DNA of 64,000 nucleotides from Nitrosopumilus sp. (GTDB lineage Archaea > Thermoproteota > Nitrososphaeria > Nitrososphaerales > Nitrosopumilaceae). The notes under the pieces were generated by a model. That model saw only the letters and a program-made list of their open reading frames with translations. It was not told the DNA's origin and ran no database searches. This document shows, piece by piece, positions 11,801-22,849 of this stretch (the stretch's first letter is position 1; every line of letters starts with the position of its first letter). A program made the translations under genes and the position numbers. The DNA is taken from positions 480,001-544,000 of the forward strand of contig OZ240211.1 of NCBI GenBank assembly GCA_965197525.1, given 5' to 3'.

Positions 11801-14800
11801 GACGGGCTGAACCGCTCTATCGACGAGATCGTGGGGGCGGTGGTGTCTGCAGGAATGGTGCTGACCGTGTAGGTGTGGTCGACCCCGGTGGAGGTGGTGT
11901 CAACCAGAGGGTTGCTTGATTCGCTGTGATGCCGTGCCCCGATGACACCAGATCAAGGTTGTAGGTGCCGTCCTGCGTCGCAGAGACTGTCACGTTGTAT
12001 ATATAGCCGGAGCCTGTCAGACCTGTTATGCTGCCTGCCCCGGTACTTCCAGGGGACAGGGCAAAGTCGGCTGAATGCACGCCAGTCACATTCTCGCTGA
12101 AAGTCACTCGGTAGATTAGCGTCTGACTAGAAGTTGTTGTACCTGACGGGCTGAACCGCTCTATCGACGAGATCGTGGGGGCGGTGGTGTCTGCAGGAAT
12201 GGTGCTGACCGTGTAGGTGTGGTCGACCCCGGTGGAGGTGGTGTCAACCAGAGGGTTGCTTGATTCGTCTGTGATGCCGTGCCCCGATGACACCAGATCA
12301 AGGTTGTAGGTGCCGTCCTGCGTCGCAGAGACTGTCACGTTGTATATATAGCCGGAGCCTGTCAGACCTGTTATGCTGCCTGCCCCGGTACTTCCAGGGG
12401 ACAGGGCAAAGTCGGCTGAATGCACGCCAGTCACATTCTCGCTGAAAGTCACTCGGTAGATTAGCGTCTGGCTGTCGGTGTTTTCTGATGTCGGATCGTG
12501 TCGTTCTATTGACGTGACTGTCGGGGAGGTGGTGTCAATACCTGTCACAGTCACGTTGTAGATGCGGTAATTGGAGGTACCAAAGTCTCCAGTAGAGGTT
12601 ATGTTGACCGTGTAACCGGGCTTGTCTGGTGATACTATCATGTTCAGGACGGAGCTGTCTGTGATATTAAACGAGTCAAAATCTTCTCCGTCTCCTATGT
12701 TGTATTTGGGGTTCTGCCTACCAAGCACCAAATTCTGCGCCGACATGTGCCCTACTACGCCGGGTGTGTTGTCGACATGTATCGTGGTGTTGTTCAGCAC
12801 AATGTACCAGTTGCCCAGATTTTGCCTGAATGCTGAGGCGCCATTGAACATGGAGCCCATGGATTTCACCGAGGAGACGTCCCAATCGGAAAGGTCGGAG
12901 TTGAAGGAGGAGGCGCCTTCGAACATTCTATACATGTTCTTCACATTGGAGACGTCCCAAGAGGAGATGTTGCCGTTGAAAGAGGAGGCGAGCATGAACA
13001 TGCCGCCCATGGATTTCACCGAGGAGACGTCCCAATCGGAAAGGTCGGAGTTGAAGGAGGAGGCTCCTAAAAACATATTAGACATTGCTCCTACGTTGGA
13101 GACGTCCCAAGAGGAGATGTTGCCGTTGAAAGAGGAGGCTTTAAACATGGCGCCCATGTGCCTCGCCGAGGAGACGTTCCAGGAGGAGATGTTGCCGTTG
13201 AAAGAGGAGGCGCCGTCGAACATTGCAGCCATGTTGACTACGTTTGAGACGTCCCAATCGGAAAGGTCGGAGTTGAAGGAGGAGGCATCATGGAACATGG
13301 CAATCATGGTGTCCACATTGGAGACGTCCCAGGAGGAGAGGTCGGAGTTGAAGGAGGAGGCGCCGCTGAACATGTCGATCATGGTGTCCACATTGGAGAC
13401 GTCCCAGGAGGAGAGGTCGGAGTTGAAGGAGGAGGCATCATGGAACATGTCACTCATGTTATCCACATTGGAGACGTCCCAGGAGGAGATGTTGCCGTTG
13501 AAAGAGGAGGCACCGCGGAACATGTCACTCATGTTATCCACATTGGAGACGTCCCAGGAGGAGATGTTGCCGTTGAAAGAGGAGGCACCGCGGAACATGT
13601 CACTCATGTTATCCACATTGGAGACGTCCCAGGAGGAGAGGTCGGAGTTGAAGGAGGAGGCACCGCGGAACATGTCACTCATGTTATCCACATTGGAGAC
13701 ATCCCAGGAGGAGAGGTCGGAGTTGAAGGAGGAGGCATCATGGAACATCCGATCCATGTTGGTTACATACGATACGTCCCAGTCGGAGAGGTCTGCATCA
13801 AAGGAGGAGGCGCCGCGGAACATTTGGTGCATGCGGCCCACATTGGAGACGTTCCAGGAGGAGAGGTCGGAGTTGAAGGAGGAGGCATCATGGAACATGA
13901 CATTCATGCCATACACATTGGAGACGTCCCAGGAGGAGAGGTCGGAGTTGAAGGAGGAGGCATCTAAGAACATGCCACCCATGAATCTCACAGAGGAGAC
14001 GTCCCAGGAGGAGAGGTCGCCATCAAAGGAGGAGGCACCATGGAACATACCATTCATGTATTCCACGCTGGAGACGTCCCAGGAGGAGAGGTCGGAGTTG
14101 AAGGAGGAGGCATCCTTGAATATTCCGTGCATGTTAGTCACAGACGAGACGTTCCAGTCAGAGAGGTCGGAGTTGAAGGAGGAGGCACCATGGAACATCC
14201 AGAGCATGTTATCCACATGGGAGACATTCCAGTCAGAGAGGTCGGAGTTGAAGGAGGAGGCACCATAAAACATGCGGTCGATGGTGTCCACATTGGAGAC
14301 GTTCCAGGAGGAGAGGTCGGAGTTGAAGGAGGAGGCGGCGAAGAACATCATGCTCATGTCGGTTACGCTGGAGACATCCCAGGAGGAGAGGTCGGAGTTG
14401 AAGGGAGTGACGGCTAACATATGGGACATGTTAGTCACGCTGGAGACATCCCAGGAGGAGAGGTCGGAGTTGAAGGAGGAGGCGTACATGAACATGTACG
14501 ACATGTCGGTGACAGATGCAAGGTCTGGCGTGTCGCTTGCATTGGAGACCATGTTCGCCGCGTTGCTAAACGCTCTAGACATTGACTCCCACTTTATATC
14601 CCCCCACTGCTCTATTGACTGTAGCTTCTCCGCGTTGTTCCTGTCTTGATACAGATTGATTCGCGTAAAGTTGCCAGATATCGAAACGGTGTAGGTTCCG
14701 GCATCGTCATAGATGTGCATCTGGTCACCGGTGACGTTGGCAGACACGGTTCCATCGCCCCAGTCGACCGTGTAGGCACCCGAGGCGCCGCCTCCAACCG

Positions 14801-17800
14801 GGATAGTTATGACCTCGTTTGCACTAGTAGTCTGCCATGTGGTGACAAAGGGCGCGTTACCTGTGTCCAGTATTGTGACCTCCACGGTATCGTCAGAAGA
14901 CGTGACACCGTCGTGCACAGTCAGGGTCAAGGTGACAGTCGTGTCAGAATGGACGCCGGGTGCCTCAAACCAAGTGGAAGGCGACGACGGGTCGTCAAGC
15001 GTTATGGCCACGGAACCGTCATGCGACCACTCGTACGTCAGCGAGTCCCCTTGGTCGGCATCTGATGCCGTGCCGGAGAGGCTAACAATCAAGCCCTCTG
15101 TTATGTCTTGGTTTACGCCGGCATCAACTATCGGGGGGTTGTTTATGACGACCTCGACCGTTCTGGAGTTGTTTGCGCCAAAGCCGCCAGTCGAGGTGAT
15201 GTTTACTGCATATGTGCGGCTTTCTGGCAGGCCACTGCCTGCATTTAGCACCAGTGTGGAGCCGTCTGTCTCAAAATAGCCCGAGTCTCCGCCGATTCCC
15301 ATGCCGTATGACGGGTTCTGGCCGTCGAGGTACGCGTTCTGCGCAGCAATACTGCCCACCGCTATGGTCGCATTACCTGCTCTGGCCGGCGTGTCATCTA
15401 GCACTATGTACCACGTCCCCAGATTCTGTGCAAACGAGTCGGCACCGTCGAACATGCCTGACATGTCAGTCACAGACGAGACGTTCCAGTCAGATAGGTC
15501 GGAGTTGAAGGAGGAGGCGCCTGAGAACATGCCTGACATGTCAGTCACAGACGAGACGTTCCAGTCAGATAGGTCGGAGTTGAAGGAGGAGGCGCCTGAG
15601 AACATGCCTGACATGTCAGTCACAGACGAGACGTTCCAGTCAGATAGGTCGGAGTTGAAGGAGGAGGCGCCTGAGAACATCGAGATCATGTAGGTAACGC
15701 CGGAAAGATCAGGCGAATCCGTTGCACTGTATGTCATGTTTGAGGCACCATTGAACGCAGACTCCATGGACTGCCACCGGGTGTCCCCCCACTGCACTAT
15801 TGAGTGCAATTTGGCCGCGTTGTTTGCATCGTCGCCCAGATTGATTCTCGTAAAGTCGCCGGATATCGAAACAGCGTGGGTTCCGGCACTGTCATAGGCG
15901 TGCGTCTGGTCACCGGCGACGTTGGCAGACACGGTTCCGTCGCCCCATTCCACCGAGTATGTGTCTGCCGCCCCGCCAGCAGGTATGATTATGGACTCGT
16001 TCTGCGCGATGGTGTTCCACACCATGACAAAAGTGTCATCACGGGAGGAAAACGGCAGTGTGCTGGCCAGGGCGTAGTTTTGTTCGGAGCGTCGAGGCGT
16101 GTCGATGTCTGTTCCCGTCACCGCTACCGTGCACGTGCCTGCCTCTGCAGGCACAAATACCGCAAACTCGTTGGACTGGTATGCCGACTGTGCAGATATC
16201 GTGTTCATTCCCGGGCAGTCGACGGTAAAGCCTAGGTCGGCAAAGTAATAGTCCCCGCCGGAGGAGCGGTAGCCATCATAGAACGGGTCGGCAGTCCACG
16301 ACAGTATCACCTTTACCGGGTTTTCGGTGTCGTGCACCTCAAACTGGTAGGCGTCCGCGTCAGAATTAGAGTGCAGGCTACCCTCTACAAGATGTCTGCC
16401 AGAGGCGCCGGTAACGTAATCAAGCGTCCTGCCCGCGTCAAGTATTCCAAAACCTACGTTATTTATTATTCCAAGTGAGTCAGCGTTGTTTGCCGTGTTC
16501 CAGTCTGTCGGTTGTCTTGCGTGGGAGCAGTTGTCTGTGGGGTGGTTCTCTTCATACTGCACCGATGTGCACGGCACAGGTCCCGTCCAGTTGGCCCCGA
16601 GAAGTACTGCCGCCTTGACGGTAGCCGGTTCCATGTCCCTTTCCTGCAGTGCCAGGGCAACGACTGCTGTTACTGCAGGGGCTGAAAAACTTGTCCCAGA
16701 GTTGGGTGCAGTGGTGCTGTTTGCCACAAACGAGGGTATATCTAACTTGTATGCAGGGGCCACCACCTCGGGCTTGAGTATCGGGTGGATGGTGCCACCT
16801 ACATTGTGGCTGGCAGGCCCCCTGCTTGATAGTATGTACATGCCGACATCATCCGGGTTGCGGTCGTCTATCCCGCCAACCGTGATGACGTTGTGTGCGC
16901 ATGCCAGCTCGCTGACGGACTTGTAGACAGGTACCACGGCATGACCGTTATGGATGGCGCCGTCGTTTCCGGCAGATATGACAACAGGCATTCCCAAATC
17001 CACTGCCTCTCCTGTGAGCAGTTGGGGTGTGGTGTCAAAGTTAACCTCGTGGCACCTTCCAGCACTGTAGCTCAGGTTTGACACATCCGCACCCATCTCA
17101 AGGAGCCATTCAAATGCATGCGAGCCGCTAGCAACGTTCGGAGAAGTACCACCACCGTGCCGCTTGATTCCGGCATCCAGAATGTCAACCCCGGGGGCGA
17201 TCCCGTTGTTGTCTGCAAGTCCGGATCCGGCAATGACCATTGCCACGCGCGTTCCATGCGAAGTCTGCAGGTTCCCTATGTCAGGTGCAGTTACGCCACT
17301 AGCCTGCGCGGGACTGCACCTGTGATCGGTGCACAGGACGCGGCCGATTACGCTGTCGTTTATCCAGTTAGGATGGTTTATGCCAGAATCCACCACGCCT
17401 ACTGTCACGCCAGAGCCTTCCACTGTTGTCCCGTCCGGCCTGCGCAAGTCGTCTGGAGTAGCCCCTATGGTCAGGCGCATCTCGTCTATGGTTGGGGTCA
17501 TCTGCGCCTGACCGTCGCCCATGCGGTACACCTGGCCGTGCCCGGATACCTCTAGGATGCGGTTTACCGGAACCGACGCGGTGACAAAGGAGAGAAGATC
17601 GGCGGCCTTGATGTCCCTAGCTCCAATATCCTTCAGTATCTTGACTACCGCGTCTTTGTTTGTCTCTGAGAAGTCGGTGCCGTCACGATCGTACTTGTTG
17701 ACGGTTATTATCACGTCATGGTGTGTCGTCGGGCTTTGCAGGTTTTCGTCTTGCGTCTGCTTCGTCAGTTTTTGCGCCTTACGTTCCGACTGAGGGGCAA

Positions 17801-18047
17801 AGGTGCTTTCAAGAAGGTTTTCGTCTTGCACCTGCTCCATCAGTTTTTGCACCAGAGCGTAAAAACCGGGGTCGAGTTTGTCAGGATCCCCAATACCATC
17901 CTGCGCGAAACCGGCAGACTTGTAGATACCCGGAACAGTACTGACTTTTGTCTGCTCTGTCTGGCTATGTGTCTCAAGAGGCGCCAGCGAAACGACTAGG
18001 ACAATGAAAACCAGCATGGCCACGGCGACGTGCGTGTTTTTGTCCAT
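2851..18047 (-). CDS. Giant secreted S8 subtilase with DUF285/BspA repeats, PKD/Ig-like repeats and 10 P-proprotein domains (one-base frameshift near 11923)
   Basis: ORFs 11817..18047 and 2851..11763 join if one T is restored between 11923 and 11924 (spacing of identical repeats 345,345,344,345), giving 5,065 aa. Signal peptide present. Catalytic motifs VVDSG, SHGT, AGND, GTSFSAP. Confidence 0.85.
3000..10450 (-). repeat. Array of Ig-like + P-domain modules (726-bp type A, 729-bp type B)
   Basis: Seven type A P-domains (QFTQTRSPAIAITAAN) and three type B (QFTQTNSPSTAIAGDQ). Periods are visible from shadow ORFs 4250/4976 and 7238/7967/8696/9425. Confidence 0.9.
10870..12470 (-). repeat. Five near-identical 345-bp (115-aa) Ig-like repeats
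   Basis: Marker GGGACAGGGCAAAGTCGGCTGA at about 11018, 11363, 11708, 12052 and 12397. Confidence 0.92.
12810..14530 (-). repeat. DUF285/BspA-type 25-aa repeat block (23 units, 75-bp period)
   Basis: Repeats of consensus ASSFNSDLSSWDVSNVxxMxxMFxx counted in the translation. Confidence 0.9.
15430..15720 (-). repeat. Short DUF285 block (three identical 75-bp units plus partials)
   Basis: ASSFNSDLSDWNVSSVTDMSGMF occurs three times. Confidence 0.85.
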
Positions 18048-18049
18048 TG

Positions 18050-18548
18050 TCAGTCACCACAAAGTTGCTTGATTACCAAGAAATAAACCCGGTTAGACGA
18101 TGTCTGCAAGTTCGACGGTGGCTGGGAGGGGTTCATTGGACTCACACTCACAGAACCGTCAGGTTCAGGACCGACTCTTGATGCTTGCTGCTGCTGTAGC
18201 GGCGTTGGAAGACAGATGTGTCCAAAAAAGCATTCATGGGTGATTCTGCCGAATCTGGTGTCTCTTGCCTCCAACTTTTCAATGAACGTCCCGGATTGCC
18301 AAGTCGATAAACTAAGATAAGTTGGTGGTGCTTGGGTCGACTTGCCTGTTGATTGCATCCTTGATCCTGTCTGCCAGACTGCCTCCCCCCCCCCCCACAA
18401 CAACATTCTTCAGACTAGCTAAAACTATAGTCAATATTGCAGTCAGAGAGGAGTTTAAGAATGGGATATTGTATGTATAGAGTCTGTTTTTACTATTCTT
18501 GGCAGTATCATTGTCAGTATTGTTATTATTAACATAGTTTGCAGTCAT
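18050..18548 (-). other. Leader ORF(s) upstream of the giant protease, split at a G12 tract
   Basis: ORF 18312..18548 (78 aa, hydrophobic segment) and ORF 18050..18406 would fuse with 11 G. The stop at 18050-52 is 2 nt before the giant gene ATG. Confidence 0.35.
18385..18396. repeat. C12 (G12 on coding strand) homopolymer
   Basis: GCCTCCCCCCCCCCCCACAA read directly. Confidence 0.9.
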
Positions 18549-18929
18549 GACTGTTCACCATATCTTTTGTAAACAACGATACGGTAATTGACTGAAGGTT
18601 TTTTTTATCGTATTTTTGACAACTTGAAGCTTTACCAAGTACTTTGTCTTGATTGGGATCAGTAACAACACTACTTGAAAGAATTATAAAAGTCACATTC
18701 AGTATTAAAAACAGTCATCATATAACAAAGAGGTCATTTAAACTAGTCTTAGACTAGTAAGTACACATTAGAGATTATTGGTAGTATTGGACAAAAAGCT
18801 GTTCATTTTTCAATCAAAATGACATTATGCAATAAGCACTACTAGATCTTTAATCTGAACAGGTTTTTATCTTGTGTAAAAAACTTGAAATCAAAAGTTC
18901 ATCAAGATCGGGGATTTCCTGCCAACATA

Positions 18930-19200
18930 TCTCATCGCACTAAGCTTTGGTTCCTATGTCCTGATGCCTTAAAATAACACGTGACGCATATTTTCAAACG
19001 TAGTATAATATTCTGACACCAGTGTCATGTTTTGCCTGATGCCAATATTTCTCAATGGCGCCAAGCTCTGGCAGTTGGTAGGTATAACATCCTCACATCC
19101 TTGTTTTGGGATACAAAATCAACAAGTTCACGTCCCCTCTTGATTTGTGTCTATGGGAAGATCTATGTGGATTGCAGTTAGGCACGGATTAAGGGATGAC
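18930..19200 (-). pseudogene. Degenerate IS630 transposase C-terminal remnant
   Basis: Minus strand yields MLYLPT, then with a frame change PELGAIEKYWHQAK, matching the IS630 P-x-LN-x-IE-x-x-W motif. Boundaries approximate. Confidence 0.55.
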
Positions 19201-19291
19201 ATGAACACCAGAGATTATGGATAATCGATTATAATATATGTGTATTACACTTTTTAATAACATATGTGTAAACAATAAAACAATTTATGAG

Positions 19292-20367
19292 AAAAAGTCT
19301 TTGCAATTTTCAAAAACACTAGAAACACTTATAGCTTGAAACACTTATAGCTTGAAATATTTATCACCCATAGTGGAAAACCAGAATGTGGCATTAATGT
19401 ATGTATATAAGAGGGAATTAAACCCAAAAGCAAAAGAACGAATGCTTTGCAGTGTTAAATGTCGTAGAGGAAGGTGAAACGATTTCAACAATCGCACAAC
19501 TGTTTTACAAATCCTACAACACAATTAAAAATTAGGTTATGCGATTTAAAGAATTTGGAGTTGCAGGATTGTATGAGAAACCAAGATCCGGACGTCCGCC
19601 AAAAATAGCAAATCATAAGATTACAGAATTTTTTACAAATGTTAAAAACGGCATTTTTCCAAAGCAGTTTGTACATAAAATAAAAAAAGATATAGGAGTA
19701 AAATACACCGAATCTGGAATACGTGACATATTGTGTCGTCATAACTTTACTCCAAAGGTACCCGGATTCCACACACAAAAACAAGGCATCTACTGAACAG
19801 ATAGAAGAGTGGCAAAAATCCCTGAAATGGTGGATTTCATGCGTAAAACGGGACGGTTTTGAGCTGTATGTACAGGATGAGTCAATATTGATGCACGACT
19901 ATGTCACAAAGCGCGGTCCATGGTAGCCGGTGGGTCAAAAAATACTCCGAGTTTATTTTGGAGACATCGGAGACGTGTAATTTATGGTGCAATATCAGAC
20001 TCGTATCAATATTTTTTACAGAAAAAAAAAATCAACGGTCCGACGTTTCTCAAATTTGTCAAAAAACTATTGGAACTATGACAAGGTAGCCATTGTAATG
20101 GATGCAGCACCCAGCATAAAACAAAGAAGTTTAAAAAATTTGTAAAAGCAAACAGTTCTAGACTGCGAATAATGTACTTGCCTACAGGATGTCCTGAATT
20201 TAATGCAATTGAAGAATGTTGGCATCAGTTAAAGATTCAACCTTTCATGTATGAACACCATGAACATGTTAGTGACCGTGCACGAGCCGCAATGATATAT
20301 CTAAGAACCGCTACATTCAATCAGAATATTGAACAGTATATGTTCAGAAAAGCAATTGCAAAGACTT
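19292..20367 (+). mobile_element. IS630-family element with a multiply frameshifted transposase
   Basis: IRs AAGTCTTTGCAATT (19295-19308) and AATTGCAAAGACTT (20354-20367). Fragments 19539..19796, 19723..19926 (QDES) and 20172..20369 (PEFNAIEECW). Confidence 0.88.
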
Positions 20368-20379
20368 AATGACGCCACT

Positions 20380-20703
20380 CTATCTCTCTTTTACAGTGTC
20401 TGGCATGTGCTCTTTTATGGAATCTAATTTTTCTTCCATCTTTTGGTGCTTGTCTCTGCGTGAATCTATCTTGATTACTATCTCAACTCTAGCAATACCC
20501 AGATTATGAACCGTTTCAATCATTGCAGATGTTGCAGAATGTATTACGTCGATATTGTCAGATTCTAATGTGGTACCCATCGAATTAATGACATATCTCA
20601 GGTTGGGAACATCGTGAATTGACTCGATTGCTTTGGCAATGTAAAAACTAGCACTAGGAGTCGGAGTAGCCATCGGATAGATACTAATTTCAGCATGAAT
20701 CAA
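20380..20703 (-). CDS. MTH1187/YkoF thiamine-binding family protein
   Basis: AEISIYP...MGTTLE...RVEIVIKIDSRRDK...KL motif pattern of this family. Confidence 0.8.
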   Translation of the reverse strand: MIHAEISIYPMATPTPSASFYIAKAIESIHDVPNLRYVINSMGTTLESDNIDVIHSATSAMIETVHNLGIARVEIVIKIDSRRDKHQKMEEKLDSIKEHMPDTVKER

Positions 20704-20852
20704 CTAGATAGAGATTATTTTACATAAATAATAATGTGCACTAGTGTTTTAGAATCACACCACTAGCAAGCATACAAAATAAAACATATTACAAGAGGCA
20801 CAAAAGAATAACAAAATGCCTAATATATGGCAAAGTACTTGAAATAATATAG

Positions 20853-21137
20853 ATGATTCTTGTCGATAAAAGAATTCTGCTAGGAGGTCTTGCAATGCTT
20901 ATTGTAGGAATAGGACTAACAATAATAATCAACGATACAGTCCCTGCAGGACAAACAGGAATGACAGAAGAAGAGATATTTGACTTGCTGCTAGCAGAAC
21001 AGGAGAATCGAGACTATAACACTCTAGCAGGAATTCTAATAGGATTGGGATTTTTGTTGATATTGATTAGTTTTGGTACAAGAAGAAGACGAGATAATGT
21101 AAAAAAACAAGAGAAAAAACCTGCTAAAAAACAGTGA
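20853..21137 (+). CDS. Small two-TM membrane protein
   Basis: Two hydrophobic helices and a basic tail. Confidence 0.7.
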   Translation: MILVDKRILLGGLAMLIVGIGLTIIINDTVPAGQTGMTEEEIFDLLLAEQENRDYNTLAGILIGLGFLLILISFGTRRRRDNVKKQEKKPAKKQ

Positions 21138-21142
21138 TTTAT

Positions 21143-21253
21143 TTATTTACGATACAACTCGAACTTTTTTTTGCACGTACCGCAAAAGCGCTGTTTGGTT
21201 TTTCTACTCTCAGTGCCTAACGGGGCACCGCATCTGTCACACTTTGCTTTCAT
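21143..21253 (-). CDS. 36-aa CxxC-CxxC zinc-finger microprotein
   Basis: Manual translation MKAKCDRCGAPLGTESRKTKQRFCGTCKKKFELYRK*. Below the ORF-track cutoff. Confidence 0.6.
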   Translation of the reverse strand: MKAKCDRCGAPLGTESRKTKQRFCGTCKKKFELYRK

Positions 21254-21469
21254 GAGTTATTGAATCTCCATGATCATGCCATCATTATGCCATTGAATAA
21301 TATTGAATCTTTCAAGGTTGTTTTGTAGATTGTTTGACAACTTTTTAAACGTATGCTATTAACATGGTTTGCAGATAGTTTTAGGAGATGTATGGTACGC
21401 TCTAATTAAAAAATCACAGATGTGGTCTAGATTCAATATTTATACATCTACAAACACGTTTTTGTCAGA

Positions 21470-21760
21470 CTAGAATCCTTCAGGCGGTTTCTGAACAAAG
21501 ACGTTACATACCAAGGCGTCAGTCTTGCCATCTCTATATTGTACATTACAAGAGACAAACTTTCCTTTCAGAGCTCGTTCTAGATCCTCTTTTGTGGTTT
21601 CTCCATATTGAGGTTCGTCAGGATCATCGATCTTTCCAATAGTTACCTTTTCAACCCTGCCATAATCATCCTGATTGTCTTTTCTTGTGTGACTAACTAG
21701 CAGTTCAAAAGTATTGTTTGTAAGCACACCGATCACTGCACCGCCGATACCGTCACCCAT
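21470..21760 (-). CDS. Hypothetical protein, thermonuclease(SNase)-like fold suspected
   Basis: 96 aa. The pattern V-x-I-x-x-ID-x-PE...L..AL.GK.V.C resembles SNase homologues; catalytic residues unclear. Confidence 0.5.
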   Translation of the reverse strand: MGDGIGGAVIGVLTNNTFELLVSHTRKDNQDDYGRVEKVTIGKIDDPDEPQYGETTKEDLERALKGKFVSCNVQYRDGKTDALVCNVFVQKPPEGF

Positions 21761-21790
21761 GATAATAGCATGTTTGTTCCATAATAATAA

Positions 21791-22618
21791 TCACTTGGCG
21801 GCAATACTAATCTTAAAGTCAGGAACCAGGCATTGATTTTGTGCCATTTTGAATAACGTTCTAATGGATTCCTCGCCTGCATCGCCCATGTTAACGGTGA
21901 CAGGGTTGACGTACATCTTTACAAACTTTGCAATGAGATCGCGCGGTTTGCTTCTAGAGTACTGCATTGCATAATCTAGCGCATCATCAAAATTTGCCAG
22001 TCCAAACTCAATTGATGATTGAAGATATCTGTCAAACTGTACAATTGTATCCATGCCAATATCAGTTCGCATTACATTAATTCCCAGCGGAACAGGCAGA
22101 CCATTAGTTAACTTGTGCCACCACTCTCCAACATCTAAGATTTTGAGATTGCCCTCTTGTTCATATGAGAGCTGTGTCTCATGAATTACAAGACCGGCGT
22201 CAACTTTACCGGATCTGACGGCGTTTGGAATATCACTGAAATTCATCTCAACATAGTCAAACTTGCCAATCATTAGCTGCAGCAATAAAAATGCAGATGT
22301 CATCTTGCCTGGAATTGCAATCTTGCACTCTCGAAGTTTATCGACACTCATATGCTCTCGGGCAGTGACGATGGGACCGTAGTTAATCCCAAAACTCCCA
22401 CCGCTCCTCAATATAGTATATTCAGGAATGTATGCACATGCGTGAACTGAAACTGCAGTAACATCTAGTTTTACCAGTGTGGCCGTATTGTTTAATCTCT
22501 CAATGTCTTCGATGACGTGTTTTACTGTGAACTCCGGAGATGGCACCTTGCCTGTAAACATTCCGTAAAACATGAATGCATCATCAGAATCAGGGGTATG
22601 TCCCACAGAAATTTCCAT
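21791..22618 (-). CDS. mqnD: 1,4-dihydroxy-6-naphthoate synthase (futalosine menaquinone pathway)
   Basis: ISVGHTPDSDDAFMF, GFGINYGP-like SFGINYGP, GLVIHE and LPVPLG motifs. The ATG at 22618 is more likely than the ORF-track start 22717. Confidence 0.85.
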   Translation of the reverse strand: MEISVGHTPDSDDAFMFYGMFTGKVPSPEFTVKHVIEDIERLNNTATLVKLDVTAVSVHACAYIPEYTILRSGGSFGINYGPIVTAREHMSVDKLRECKIAIPGKMTSAFLLLQLMIGKFDYVEMNFSDIPNAVRSGKVDAGLVIHETQLSYEQEGNLKILDVGEWWHKLTNGLPVPLGINVMRTDIGMDTIVQFDRYLQSSIEFGLANFDDALDYAMQYSRSKPRDLIAKFVKMYVNPVTVNMGDAGEESIRTLFKMAQNQCLVPDFKISIAAK

Positions 22619-22849
22619 ATCTCTTGGTAATAGTGACGTTATAAATATCAAAATTAGGAAAGGGTGCAAAATATTTGAAAGACGGTGTAATTCTTTGATT
22701 AAAAACTCATCATACATTCGTAGGTTGAGCTCTATGATACCATGGATTGAATTGTACTTTATTGTTACAAATCTATTCTAGAGAAAGAGGTATTTTTTAA
22801 TCTAATTTATTTCGTCAAATGATTTGTTCTTGGGATGGTTTGCGTATCT

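Noticed and set aside
12810-14530. CRISPR-like alternation of constant ~40 bp and variable ~35 bp
   Set aside because: The period is 75 bp, in frame within a protein, the variable parts keep Met/Phe codons, and there are no cas genes.
12622-14649. Long plus-strand ORFs (548 aa etc.) opposite the DUF285 repeats
   Set aside because: Antisense shadows of a repetitive, GC-rich coding strand. The minus frame has a coherent domain architecture.
18148-18157. TCACAGAACC as another element end
   Set aside because: Only 10 bp, lacks the GATAAC core, and no tnpB homology nearby.
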